A stretch of 63,295 bases of DNA, counting the filler, from Sphacelaria rigidula (lineage: Eukaryota), in the NCBI GenBank assembly GCA_964200075.2. It is 4 parts of 4 records of this genome, joined end to end, with 100 filler letters (N's around TTAATTAATTAA, not from the genome) between each part and the next. Parts side by side here need not be neighbours in the genome. Positions count along the whole stretch, not along the records: positions 15,851 to 31,599 come from CAXNAA020001611.1; 3 more parts are not named here. One strand, given 5' to 3'. A program made the position numbers and the translations under genes. Of this stretch, positions 22,368 through 31,266 are shown piece after piece. Below the pieces are notes generated by a model that did no database searches, was not told the origin of the DNA, and worked only from the letters and a program-made list of their open reading frames with translations. The stretch's first letter is position 1; every line of letters begins with the position of its first letter.

Positions 22368-23348
22368 TTAGTCCTTCACGGGCGCTATGACAAACATCAG
22401 GGTTCCTATGGACAGCTCGTACCTCAGGATAAGAGGGTACTCGTTTTTTAGGAAGATCTCCACGTTTTGGTCGACCCCGACTCGACCGAACTTTTCGAGG
22501 TAGCGCACGATGAACTTCCCCTCGATGTTACCAATGTCTTCGCTGTGCTTCCAGTTGAGACCGGATGCCGTGGGGAGTATGGTGATGTGACTCGTGGCAA
22601 CTTCCCCATCAGCGATGAACTCTAAGGTCTTCCTCGTGCCCCTCACCGTGACGTACTTACTGATGAATACCATTTCTCGAACATGCTTGGCAAGCTCAGA
22701 GCTCGGCATGGAGCCGATCCTATCGTACTCCACGTGCGGGATGCTGATGTCCACCTCGTCTAGATCGAGGAGCTTGATCTTGTTCACCGTGTGCGTCCTG
22801 CGCTCGCTGTTGGAGAGTTGGATGTGCATTTCGTGTGGTTGATCCTCGTAGATTCTCCACTCCATGAGGTCGCCCGTGGTGAGACTCCGTATCAAGCGGT
22901 AGAGGAATCCAATCTTGATCCCCGCGATGACCGTCCCTAGCGAGTAGAAGTACTCGACGTGGTTGATGACGAGGTGTACCATCGCGACGTTTCCGGGGTC
23001 GATAGAAACCAGTCGGATACCCTTCCCTTCGATGAACTCCATGTTGACCTCTGTGAGGAGTTCTTTCAGGCACTCGAAGAGGCTCTTGAACGAGATGCAC
23101 TGAGAAGTCTTCATCAGCACCAGCAGCTTGCGTCCGTCGTGCAGCGGTTGTTGTTTTTTCTCCAGTTTTTCGTCGTCCCCGTCGCGCAAGGGTTGTTTCA
23201 TCTTCTTCAGTTGTTCTTCGTCTGCGTGTTCTTCGTCTGCGTGTTCTTCGTCTGCGTGTTCTTCGTCTGCGTGTTCTTCGTCTGCTGATTTGTTGTCAAC
23301 GTCGTCCATGTGGTGATCCACCACTCCATCATCGTGCACTCTACTCAT
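22368..23348 (-). CDS. PCNA: Viral PCNA (sliding clamp) with an acidic N-terminal extension
   Basis: FKSLFECLKELLTEVNMEF, GIRLVSIDPGNVAMVHL, KLLDLDEVDISIP, MPSSEL, RYLEKF and YPLILRY...LMFVIAP follow the PCNA pattern. Confidence 0.95.
   Translation of the reverse strand: MSRVHDDGVVDHHMDDVDNKSADEEHADEEHADEEHADEEHADEEQLKKMKQPLRDGDDEKLEKKQQPLHDGRKLLVLMKTSQCISFKSLFECLKELLTEVNMEFIEGKGIRLVSIDPGNVAMVHLVINHVEYFYSLGTVIAGIKIGFLYRLIRSLTTGDLMEWRIYEDQPHEMHIQLSNSERRTHTVNKIKLLDLDEVDISIPHVEYDRIGSMPSSELAKHVREMVFISKYVTVRGTRKTLEFIADGEVATSHITILPTASGLNWKHSEDIGNIEGKFIVRYLEKFGRVGVDQNVEIFLKNEYPLILRYELSIGTLMFVIAPVKD
23213..23285. repeat. 15-bp coding tandem repeat (ADEEH x4-5) in the PCNA leader
   Basis: GTTCTTCGTCTGCGT repeated. 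Confidence 0.9.
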
Positions 23349-23371
23349 CCCTGTTTATTTGTACTTTGGTG

Positions 23372-23428
23372 GTGTGCTGACGTTGTGTGCTGACGTTGTG
23401 TGCTGACGTTGTGTGCTGACGTTGTGTG
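23372..23428. repeat. 13-bp tandem repeat x4 just upstream of PCNA
   Basis: GTGTGCTGACGTT repeated four times. Confidence 0.9.
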
Positions 23429-23782
23429 GGTTTGGGCGGCAAAAGGTAATAGTTTATTTTAGTGTAAACCCCTATTGTTTGGTTCAAATCAGGCCAAACC
23501 AAAATCACTCTCATGTCGGTCACAAAAAATGAATCAACCCAAGCGCATGCACAGCACCTCGAGAGTGAGTCTCACGAGAGAGCGTTCGACTTCTTCCGAG
23601 GAAAAGAAGGCATCAGCGTCGACTGAGTCAAGCTCCAGGTATACGGAAAACATTGTGTGCCAGAGGAATTCCCAGGTGACGACACCATCAAAAACTTAGC
23701 GGCCATCTTTCGACGACTCCCCACAGGTGATATTCTTCGTCAATGTTGCCCGTGTTAAATTCTAACCTGTAATTAAACAATA

Positions 23783-24229
23783 ATGCCGACCCCATCCGTC
23801 GCCGTAGTCGACGACACCTGCAGAGCCGCCTGCAAGTCCATGAAGCTCTTGTCTAAACAATTGCTGATTCTCAGCTCGTCCTACGCAAAACTTCCGTTCG
23901 AAAGGTCTGGGGATGAGATAAACCAAGTTCTATCCGTCACCATGTCGTCTATACAAAAGATACAGGAAGCCCTCACCGAGGCAGCTTCAAAAATGAACCA
24001 AGACCTCAAACTAGAAGATCTCGTGCATCCGGAATTCCCCGAGACTGTTCTCGTCACCGTCAAAGAATACACTCTCCTCAACGCTGTTTTCCAAGAGTAT
24101 ACAGAGAACGTTGTGAGCTCGTCCAAGAGTTACTCGCTTTTTTGTCGAGACTATGATATATGCTCCGACGCTCGCGAGAAATCTTTGAAGCCATGCCAGG
24201 ACAACGGAGAGAAATCGAAAGAAAGCTAG
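23783..24229 (+). CDS. Viral hypothetical protein (148 aa; possibly the N-half of a frameshifted gene with 24160-24633)
   Basis: ATG after an AT-rich spacer; helical composition; 70-nt out-of-frame overlap with the next ORF. Confidence 0.6.
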   Translation: MPTPSVAVVDDTCRAACKSMKLLSKQLLILSSSYAKLPFERSGDEINQVLSVTMSSIQKIQEALTEAASKMNQDLKLEDLVHPEFPETVLVTVKEYTLLNAVFQEYTENVVSSSKSYSLFCRDYDICSDAREKSLKPCQDNGEKSKES

Positions 24230-24633
24230 AAAAACTTCCCGAATCCTTCACGGCGGAAGAGATCGAGAATATGTACAAAAAACTGGTCGCCGATATCGCC
24301 TTGTTGGAGCAGCAAGAAGTCCCTCAAAAAGTTGCCGAGGCTGAGCTACACAAGAGACACCAAACGTCGGCATACAGTTACCCGACAATCTTCTTCAAGG
24401 CGGTGAGGGGGGAGATGGACCAACATATCTTCGACACCCTCATTAAACTCAAGCGCAAATTCGATTCCGGTGAAATCGACGATAAGAGGGCCAAAGAGCT
24501 CGTGATCGACGGCGCCAAGCGACACGTCGAAGGGGAGGCTCCGAGGGCTCCTAAATCTGCACCCAAGCAGGGTGGTTCCGTGCAAGAGATAACTCTCAAG
24601 TGTCGCGTAGAAGACGAAGAATCAAAGCCCTAA
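24160..24633 (+). CDS. Viral hypothetical helical protein (157 aa)
   Basis: YPTIFFKAV...IFDTLIKLKRKFDSGEID...AKELV resembles a small conserved giant-virus family. Confidence 0.7.
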   Translation: MLRRSREIFEAMPGQRREIERKLEKLPESFTAEEIENMYKKLVADIALLEQQEVPQKVAEAELHKRHQTSAYSYPTIFFKAVRGEMDQHIFDTLIKLKRKFDSGEIDDKRAKELVIDGAKRHVEGEAPRAPKSAPKQGGSVQEITLKCRVEDEESKP

Positions 24634-25073
24634 GGCCTCTTAGGGTTAGGGTTCATCCACAGCGTCTCGCTCATCCCGATGGAAACAGCGGCATTCTTCT
24701 TCTTTATCATGTCGGAACCATCATCCTCTGAACATCTTGTGTTGAACCAGACTTCGTCCAAAAACTTCGCCACAATCGTCGCTCTCACGTACACCGGGAG
24801 TCCACGCGGGTATTCTCTTGTCTTGAACCTCATCAGATTCACGAGGTCTATCGGGTTTGCAACGCCAAACTTCTCCTTCAAGTGTTTCGCGAGCCTGCCA
24901 CCTATTCCCGGAACTCCCCTGGTGGTAAAGAAGCGGTCGATGGGTGTTCGTATAAATTTTTGCACCCTGGCTTGGTTGAACGTTCTGGGTTTCGCGCAGG
25001 CGAAGAAATGGACTTCGTCTTCGGAAACAAAGTTCCACTCCGGCACCCGCTTCAAAACCCGTTGAAATTGCAT
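24630..25073 (-). CDS. Helix-hairpin-helix DNA-binding protein, BAF (barrier-to-autointegration factor)-like
   Basis: QKFIRTPIDRFFTTRGVPGIGGRLAKHLKEKFGV aligns by eye to BAF [32 protein letters not shown]. The HhH call is solid; the BAF call is tentative. Confidence 0.6.
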   Translation of the reverse strand: MQFQRVLKRVPEWNFVSEDEVHFFACAKPRTFNQARVQKFIRTPIDRFFTTRGVPGIGGRLAKHLKEKFGVANPIDLVNLMRFKTREYPRGLPVYVRATIVAKFLDEVWFNTRCSEDDGSDMIKKKNAAVSIGMSETLWMNPNPKRP

Positions 25074-25162
25074 GTCAAAAGAGAGTGGGACGAGGGTGCA
25101 GGACGTCGTGACAAAATGCGTCGTATGTTACTGACAAATAATTTTTCAGTGTTGAAGCATTT

Positions 25163-25684
25163 TCAAACATTTTCACCATGTTCCGAGATTTCGGCTTGTA
25201 CAATAGACCACACCGGATCGTCACGAAACGGCATCTTTCGGGGAGGTTTTTCTTCGTTGGCATACGACGAGGAAACTACTCTACCGTTGTCGTGTAGGAC
25301 TCCGTGGCCGAGCATCTCTAGGGCGAGGGCAATTTTTAGGATGTCTTTCCTCGAGAAAAACGACAGTTTTAGAGTCACGATACCTAAGCGATCCTGGTAC
25401 ACCGTATTCGTTGAACCCGATTCGATTACAGAAATCGTGGGCCTCACTACCGCGCCGTTGCCTACCTCGATCACGCCTTTCTTGTCGATCCTCGACGGCC
25501 CCAGAAATCTCACGACGCTTGCGGAGAAGTCTGCGTGGTCCGCGGGGGAGTATTTTCCTTGCTTACCGATGAACTTGAGGTAGAATTGGACGACCGATTC
25601 GTCGCTCTCACACCAAGCCTTCTTCCACAGACGCCATTTTGACATCCACTCCACGTAGATCTCGTCGTTGAAGCCGGGATTCAT
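25163..25684 (-). CDS. Viral hypothetical protein (173 aa)
   Basis: ATG-initiated ORF that fits the minus-strand gene run. Confidence 0.7.
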   Translation of the reverse strand: MNPGFNDEIYVEWMSKWRLWKKAWCESDESVVQFYLKFIGKQGKYSPADHADFSASVVRFLGPSRIDKKGVIEVGNGAVVRPTISVIESGSTNTVYQDRLGIVTLKLSFFSRKDILKIALALEMLGHGVLHDNGRVVSSSYANEEKPPRKMPFRDDPVWSIVQAEISEHGENV

Positions 25685-25720
25685 CTTCTTGAGATATTTA
25701 CAGCAGACATATTATCTTCT

Positions 25721-26362
25721 TCAGATACTCTCCAACCGGTCAGCGAGTTCGCGCAGTTGCTTGACCACGTCTGCAATGTCTGCAATGTTAGATACTGATT
25801 CTTCTACTTCTTCCGCATCCTCCTCAAAATTGACTTTCTTGGATGCTTTCTTGAAAGCTTTCTTGGATGCTCTCTTGGATGCCTTCTTGGTTGTAGGACT
25901 ACTAAACACTGAAGATGTAGACGACAAGGCCGATCGGGAAGCCACGTGCGATGATGCTGTCGCCGTGGAATTCCGTGAAAGCTGCGAAAACTGCGAAAAC
26001 TGCGAAAACTGCGAAGACTGCGAAGACTGCGATGATACAGAATCTGAAGTGTCTGACAAACTTTGCTTACCGGACGGCTTCTTTTTCTTTCCCTTCTTCT
26101 TCTTCTCTCCGGGCTTCGATATGATTATTTCCTTGAAGTTCAGGAGCGTTTTGTTGCGACTGAGGAGTTTTTTTAGTATACGAACCTGTTCCGGAGTAAG
26201 ATCATCGTAGACGTAAACACATTCCATGTCCAAGTCTTCGTTTAGGGGAGCCGTCTTCTCCACAAAGTGGTCAGAAAACATCTTGAGGACTTTCGCGACT
26301 GATTTGTCGACATCGTCGCTCTTCTTGAAAATCGCATCGCACACTACGCGAACACAAGTCAT
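25721..26362 (-). CDS. Viral protein with Lys-rich, Ser/Gln-repeat and KKAS-repeat tracts (213 aa)
   Basis: KKKKGKKKKP; (SQF/SQS)n from a 9-bp repeat at 25982-26030; KKASKRASKKAFKKASKKVNF. Confidence 0.75.
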   Translation of the reverse strand: MTCVRVVCDAIFKKSDDVDKSVAKVLKMFSDHFVEKTAPLNEDLDMECVYVYDDLTPEQVRILKKLLSRNKTLLNFKEIIISKPGEKKKKGKKKKPSGKQSLSDTSDSVSSQSSQSSQFSQFSQFSQLSRNSTATASSHVASRSALSSTSSVFSSPTTKKASKRASKKAFKKASKKVNFEEDAEEVEESVSNIADIADVVKQLRELADRLESI

Positions 26363-26676
26363 CTCTCAGATTTAACATGAACAAACATATTTTTCGAAGC
26401 TCAGCGAACCATGCGTCCAGAAACCAAAATTCAAAATGTTTGGCACCAGACAAACAACGAGCTGATCTGTCGAGATGAGTTCTACTGATCTGTCCACCTC
26501 GGAACTGTGCGCGTTGATTTCAGGAGGATTTGTGGTCGCTGGGTCACAGTGCGTGGTCGCGATAGAGTGCGCAGGGAAAGCTGAGTGCGAAATGATTGCT
26601 GTCGAGTCTGTCACCTCAGAAGAGGAGCCCGAGAAACTCCTGGAAAAGCTTTCGAAGGCAGTGTCTGAACCATCCA

Positions 26677-26932
26677 GTGGTCTGACCGTCACCGTGTACG
26701 GCATATGCGGCGGGATTCATGGGAAGTCGCAGCACTCGTAGATGGTTCTAAATATTCTATTCGGCGTTGAGACGGCTGAAGAGTCCACGGTTCGGATTTG
26801 CGTCAAAAATCTGTGGTCTGACCGTCACCCTCCCCGGGCCAATCGGCGGGATTCGCAAGTCGCAGCACTGGTAGATGGTTCTAAATATTCTATTCGGCGT
26901 TGAGACGGCTGAAGAGTCCACGGTTCGGATTT
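26677..26932. repeat. ~120-bp direct tandem duplication (26677-26799, 26813-26932)
   Basis: The 3' ~60 bp (GTAGATGGTTCTAAATATTC...CACGGTTCGGATTT) are identical in both copies; the 5' halves have diverged. Confidence 0.9.
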
Positions 26933-27074
26933 TTTCTGTTCCAAAAACAAATTATTTGCTCTCATTAGCCTGAAAAATCCAGATCCACGAAAGTGTGAAA
27001 TTTGGTCGCTACTTTATTTCGTCACTCCTCCCCTTCCTGCTCTTACTTCCCCACCCATCACGGACCTCAACTCA

Positions 27075-27755
27075 TTGGCCGCTCAATGTAAAAATGAAGC
27101 GTTGACGGAACAATTGGTCGCCGCAAGTACTGAGGAAGGAGGAGGAGAAGAAGTCGTAGACGATGAGCAAGACGTGAACGCAGAAGTTGGACAAGGCGAA
27201 GAAGAAGACGAGGAGGAAGACGAAGAAGAGGAGAAAGACGAAGAAGACAAAGAGGAGGAAGACAAAGAATACGAGAAGGAAGAGGAAGACGAGAACCAGG
27301 GAGACCAAGCCGGCGAAGAAGACGAAGAAGATGAGCAAGAAATGGAAGGGCTTCTCGACCAGGATACCGTGGCTCAGGCGGCTTTTTCCGACTCGGATAA
27401 TGCGTCGTCTGCGTCGCCAAGATGTGGGGCCAACACAGCGCCGTCGCCAAGATGTGGGGCAACCACAGCGCCGTCTGCGAGAACGGTCCAGGTGCAGCGC
27501 GCCAGGAGCAGCGGCGGGAGGGTCGTTGTTTCAGTTTCTCCCGTGTACACAAGATGTGATGAAGACGAGATCAGCAGGAACCGAGCTTACGAGGCTGGTA
27601 AATGTGTCGACGTGGAGCGGAAGTTCCTCAGCGAGACCTCAAAGTCAAAGTCGCCTAAGCCGGCGACAAGCAACCCTTCTTCTCGGCCCTCCAAGAGGAA
27701 GAAGGCCCCTGAGTGTCATGGTGCTCGTTGGGACGATGACGATTCGTCTCCGTAG
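27075..27755 (+). CDS. Highly acidic (poly-E/D) viral protein with a basic C-terminal patch; ATG start apparently lost
   Basis: 226-codon frame with a long E/D tract and RPSKRKK. It begins at C-ATTG-GCC, one base away from ATG-GCC, and has an internal 30-bp duplication near 27412-27475. Confidence 0.6.
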   Translation: MAAQCKNEALTEQLVAASTEEGGGEEVVDDEQDVNAEVGQGEEEDEEEDEEEEKDEEDKEEEDKEYEKEEEDENQGDQAGEEDEEDEQEMEGLLDQDTVAQAAFSDSDNASSASPRCGANTAPSPRCGATTAPSARTVQVQRARSSGGRVVVSVSPVYTRCDEDEISRNRAYEAGKCVDVERKFLSETSKSKSPKPATSNPSSRPSKRKKAPECHGARWDDDDSSP

Positions 27756-27907
27756 GTAGTTTTTGTTGTTTCTATGTTGTATATCTTGTTCAGTTATTGT
27801 TTCGACTCCTAGCGGTCAGTTCGTTGTCGTGTTGTTTCTATGTTCGTCAGTTTTTATTGTGTTTTTTCTGTGTTACGGGTAGTTAAATTTCTTCACAAAT
27901 TATTTTG

Positions 27908-28429
27908 ATGTCGGATCCTCTCTCCGTACCATACCCTTCCATGCTTCACCAATCGAAGTCTTTCACTTCCGCGAGTTGCGGGAAGATTGTCCACAAGAAT
28001 GCAAACTATGTCGCACTCGGGCAGGAAGTATCGAACGCATCGTACGTCCACGATACCTCGACGAACACCTCGACTGAAATCGTTCGCGATCAAGTTGCGA
28101 TGGACCCGACTGGGGATTCCGCCTCGATGTCACTCGGTGTCTTGCACGAGTCGGCCTCGGGAGGAGTCAAAACAATTCAACCCATAATGACAACCACGTC
28201 GGATGCGACAACCGTCACTTCCCTCAACGCCGACTCGGTTTTCAACCTCACGTTAGACGGGAGCATCTCGTGGGACAGTGACGATGCTTGTCTTTACCTC
28301 TCCTCGAACAAAGCGTTTCGTTTCCACTACGTGGAGTCCGATGGAATCACGGCATCGCGACTCGTGTTGGAGGGTCTTGATGAATCCTCCGGGGCGTATA
28401 TGCCCAAGGTGGAGTTCTCCACCGACTGA
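27908..28429 (+). CDS. Viral Ser/Thr-rich, beta-strand-like hypothetical protein (possibly structural)
   Basis: ATG-initiated, 173 aa; C-terminal ISWDSDDACLYLSSNKAFRF...RLVLEG...KVEF. Confidence 0.75.
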   Translation: MSDPLSVPYPSMLHQSKSFTSASCGKIVHKNANYVALGQEVSNASYVHDTSTNTSTEIVRDQVAMDPTGDSASMSLGVLHESASGGVKTIQPIMTTTSDATTVTSLNADSVFNLTLDGSISWDSDDACLYLSSNKAFRFHYVESDGITASRLVLEGLDESSGAYMPKVEFSTD

Positions 28430-29043
28430 TAGGATTCCTCCGACCAAAACACAATGTACGTCTTGGCAACCTCGTACGCGAACGTCGCCTTGGCAACTTC
28501 GTTCTTCTTTAACTTAGCGTTCTTCTTCCTCGAGCAGCATTCCAAAACAAACTCAACATATTTGGCGTCAAACTCGTGCCACCCTGATATTCGTATCCCG
28601 AAGTCTTCCGAATCACACACCGTGGAGACGGCGCGGAAGACGTCGTCTTCCTGTATCGACGAAATCTTCAGGTGAACTGAAGACACCAGCGGAACCAACG
28701 ACTTGATGTTGACGGTCGCAGAGTCTGTGTCGACGGAGTACTCCACGTGAAAAAACTGGACGATACAGCCTATTGGAATCAACGAGTCATAAAGGTCTTT
28801 CACAGACGATTCCGCGTCGTGACAGATGATACGCGCCTCGTGGATGAAAGACCTGTATCGCCGCAAGTACTTCATTTTCGATACCGTCAGACAATTCGGC
28901 GGGTACGATAGAGACACCACGTGTACTTCGGGAACTTGTCGCGGTCTAGCACTTGGAACGTCCGGAACTTTCGGTATGGTTGTCCGAAAAGCGCGCGCCG
29001 TCTTCTTGAACTCATCGTCACACTCGGTCCGCTCAACCTCCAT
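28327..29043 (-). CDS. Viral hypothetical protein (238 aa)
   Basis: ATG-initiated ORF; its 3' end overlaps the convergent gene by ~100 nt, so the true stop may have been lost. Confidence 0.65.
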   Translation of the reverse strand: MEVERTECDDEFKKTARAFRTTIPKVPDVPSARPRQVPEVHVVSLSYPPNCLTVSKMKYLRRYRSFIHEARIICHDAESSVKDLYDSLIPIGCIVQFFHVEYSVDTDSATVNIKSLVPLVSSVHLKISSIQEDDVFRAVSTVCDSEDFGIRISGWHEFDAKYVEFVLECCSRKKNAKLKKNEVAKATFAYEVAKTYIVFWSEESYQSVENSTLGIYAPEDSSRPSNTSRDAVIPSDST

Positions 29044-29112
29044 TGCAAACAGCGTTGTGCAATTTGTGTAAGATTAAAAACCACCCCAACCCTGGCCAAG
29101 ACATGCTAAAAT

Positions 29113-29580
29113 TTAATCTTCTGAGCTAAACCGCAAGCGACGCTTGTCAACGTCAGCCTTAGAGATTCGATCAAGAGTCCGCTTCAGGATCCTCTTCCGT
29201 GAAAAGTGCCCTCTCCTGTTTGAGATCCGCTTCTGTTCACTGCCCAAAAACGAAACTGCCTTGTCGATGCACGTCTTTTTCAGCTCGTCCGAGACGGGTT
29301 CCCTCGTCAAAGGGTGAGAATTCGACTTGGTCATCCACGACAGCAAGTGTCGCGAGTCGAACGCCATCCCATCCACCACCACGAAAACCAAGCGTGGGAT
29401 ATGTGACACGGGCTGCAGCATGATACATTCGTCGTCCATTGCATTCGAGCAAGACTTCTCGTACCTACTCTTCAAGTACCGACGAAAACACCTCTGAATT
29501 CTTGATGCCGATCTTCGGTACGTGTCCTTCGAGTGCGCCCTTTGACTTCGCTTCATGCGTCGACGCCTAGGACCTCTCAT
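29113..29580 (-). CDS. IQ-motif plus U-box-like protein (155 aa)
   Basis: ASRIQRCFRRYLK (IQ-like) followed by ECIMLQPV...GMAFDSRHLLSWM...HPLTREPV (U-box-like). Confidence 0.75.
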   Translation of the reverse strand: MRGPRRRRMKRSQRAHSKDTYRRSASRIQRCFRRYLKSRYEKSCSNAMDDECIMLQPVSHIPRLVFVVVDGMAFDSRHLLSWMTKSNSHPLTREPVSDELKKTCIDKAVSFLGSEQKRISNRRGHFSRKRILKRTLDRISKADVDKRRLRFSSED

Positions 29581-29612
29581 TCTTAGGTTCTCTCATGAGT
29601 CAGCGCATCATT

Positions 29613-29975
29613 TTAAATCCCATCCCCGGTCCACGGATCCCTCGCCAACGAAGTCATCACCCCGAAAAAGACGTCCAACAACATGAGGTACGGGACGAAC
29701 TCGGATCGACCTGCAACCAAGCAGAAGACGATCTTCGAAGATAACACCAGGTGGAACTTCTGTGACCACCAGATCTCGTTTGAACTGTTCAGACCTAGGA
29801 TGTTGAGGTACACAGAAAGTAGAGATACGCTCAACACAATTCCTTGAACCCAAAGGAACGAATACGTACGATAAACCAAGTACGCCAAGAGGAGCCTCAG
29901 CGGAACACATACGCCGTAAAATAACTTTTTCCTCTGACTCGGAGTCGCCCCTGCACTTTCGACAACTCCAGGCAT
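29613..29975 (-). CDS. Small multi-pass membrane protein (120 aa)
   Basis: Probable ATG at 29975; three to four hydrophobic segments. Confidence 0.7.
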   Translation of the reverse strand: MPGVVESAGATPSQRKKLFYGVCVPLRLLLAYLVYRTYSFLWVQGIVLSVSLLSVYLNILGLNSSNEIWWSQKFHLVLSSKIVFCLVAGRSEFVPYLMLLDVFFGVMTSLARDPWTGDGI

Positions 29976-30012
29976 GGTTGAAACTTGGAATCTTCTGGTC
30001 TCAGCATAGATA

Positions 30013-31176
30013 TTATTCAAAGAAACTCTGCTCTGATTTTTTTGGGCAGAACTCGATCGTGTAAGACTTGGCCGAGCCACACGTTACAATTGATGTCATG
30101 TCCGAGTACGCGAACTCGTACGCAAGGGGGCAGCCTTTCTTGAGAAACTTTAGAAATGGAAGAGACTTCTCTTCCCAGTTCCGGTCGCTCGTCTCGCAGG
30201 GGGTGTGGGTAGGTGCATCTACACCCATCGACTCCCAATCCGGGCAACCGCATACCTTAGTGCCGGGAGGCTGGTTGTAGCCTGACAAGTGATAGTCACC
30301 CATGCAGGAAATCACGTCGCTGTTATCCTCACAAAAAAAAGGAGGACCGGTCGATCCCGACAAGCAGCTCGTATGAGCAGAAGCATACCCGTTGAAAGTA
30401 CCACACACCCCGTAGTCTGGAGGGGATTCGTTGAACGTGGCACCACACACTTGTCCTTGGACGCATTCGACGTCTTGGTCACACTGTGACCTGGGGGAAC
30501 CTGGGATTACTCGTGTCACGTACTTTTTAATGTCAGGTTCGGGGTGGAATTCCCAAGGACAACCTCCGGCGACACCGCACTTGTAGCGATCGTGCGGGTC
30601 GGCATTGACATCAGAAGGAAACATGGCAATAGGAATATTGGCTCCCTCAATAATGCTCACATCCCAGTAATCGATTCCTTTTTTGGAGAAAGTAAACTCG
30701 GCCTTCGTCACGGCGCCGCGAGCACCAACCCAAGGTGTGCAAAGCCCAGATGGGCAGGCGAATTCCATGAGTCCTTTCTTGACTCCCCACACGTTACCAG
30801 AGAAAACATGCTCGTCATCCGACTTCAGGTCGATTTCCCACCTCTCTCCGGTAGCCAGATTGGGTGGGAAGTTATGCAAGTGCCAAAAACAGCGACCCCG
30901 ACCGTTGTCTACCTGATTCACCGCACAGTCACCCTGTGTCGAAGGACCGGCATCACTACCGGTGACGCCCAACTGGACCTCGAAAGAACAGGAGTTCAAC
31001 ACAGACAAGCGCTTGCTGTCGGCGGCAGAGATATTGATCGTAGGGATAGTCTTGGTAGTAGTAGAGTGTTTACTGTTTTCCACATCTTCATCAATCTGCC
31101 TTACACGGCAATATCAGTTCCTCCCCTTCGCAGGTACAAATAGTATTAGCACGTACACGCTAAGCAGACGCATCAT
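30013..31176 (-). pseudogene. Thaumatin-like (PR-5) protein; signal-peptide leader cut off by an in-frame TGA
   Basis: VLNSCSFEV, KAEFTF, DYWDVSIIEGANIPI, FLKKGCPLAYEFAYSD...TC...YTIEFCP. The in-frame upstream leader MMRLLSVYVLILFVPAKGRN*YCRV has its stop at 31114-31116. Confidence 0.88.
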
Positions 31177-31266
31177 GTTTACAAAATCCGAAACAAAAAA
31201 AGGAAATCTCTTCGAACGCCAAAGGACAATATCAACGCACGAGTTGGGCTAGCACTTGTTAAGAGT

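Noticed and set aside
23475-23699. Short ORF(s) between PCNA and 23783
   Set aside because: The frames are short and inconsistent; possibly a broken gene, but not supportable.
24640-24653. Telomere-like TTAGGGTTAGGG
   Set aside because: Only two units, inside a coding region (NPNP); compatible with chance.
24882-26210. Plus-strand ORFs of 233 and 180 aa
   Set aside because: Antisense shadows of better-supported minus-strand viral genes.
27067-27759. Alternative ORFs over the acidic tract (poly-Leu/Phe, poly-Ser, poly-Lys/Arg frames)
   Set aside because: Shadow frames of a purine-rich low-complexity sequence. The acidic frame was preferred, though it is not proven.
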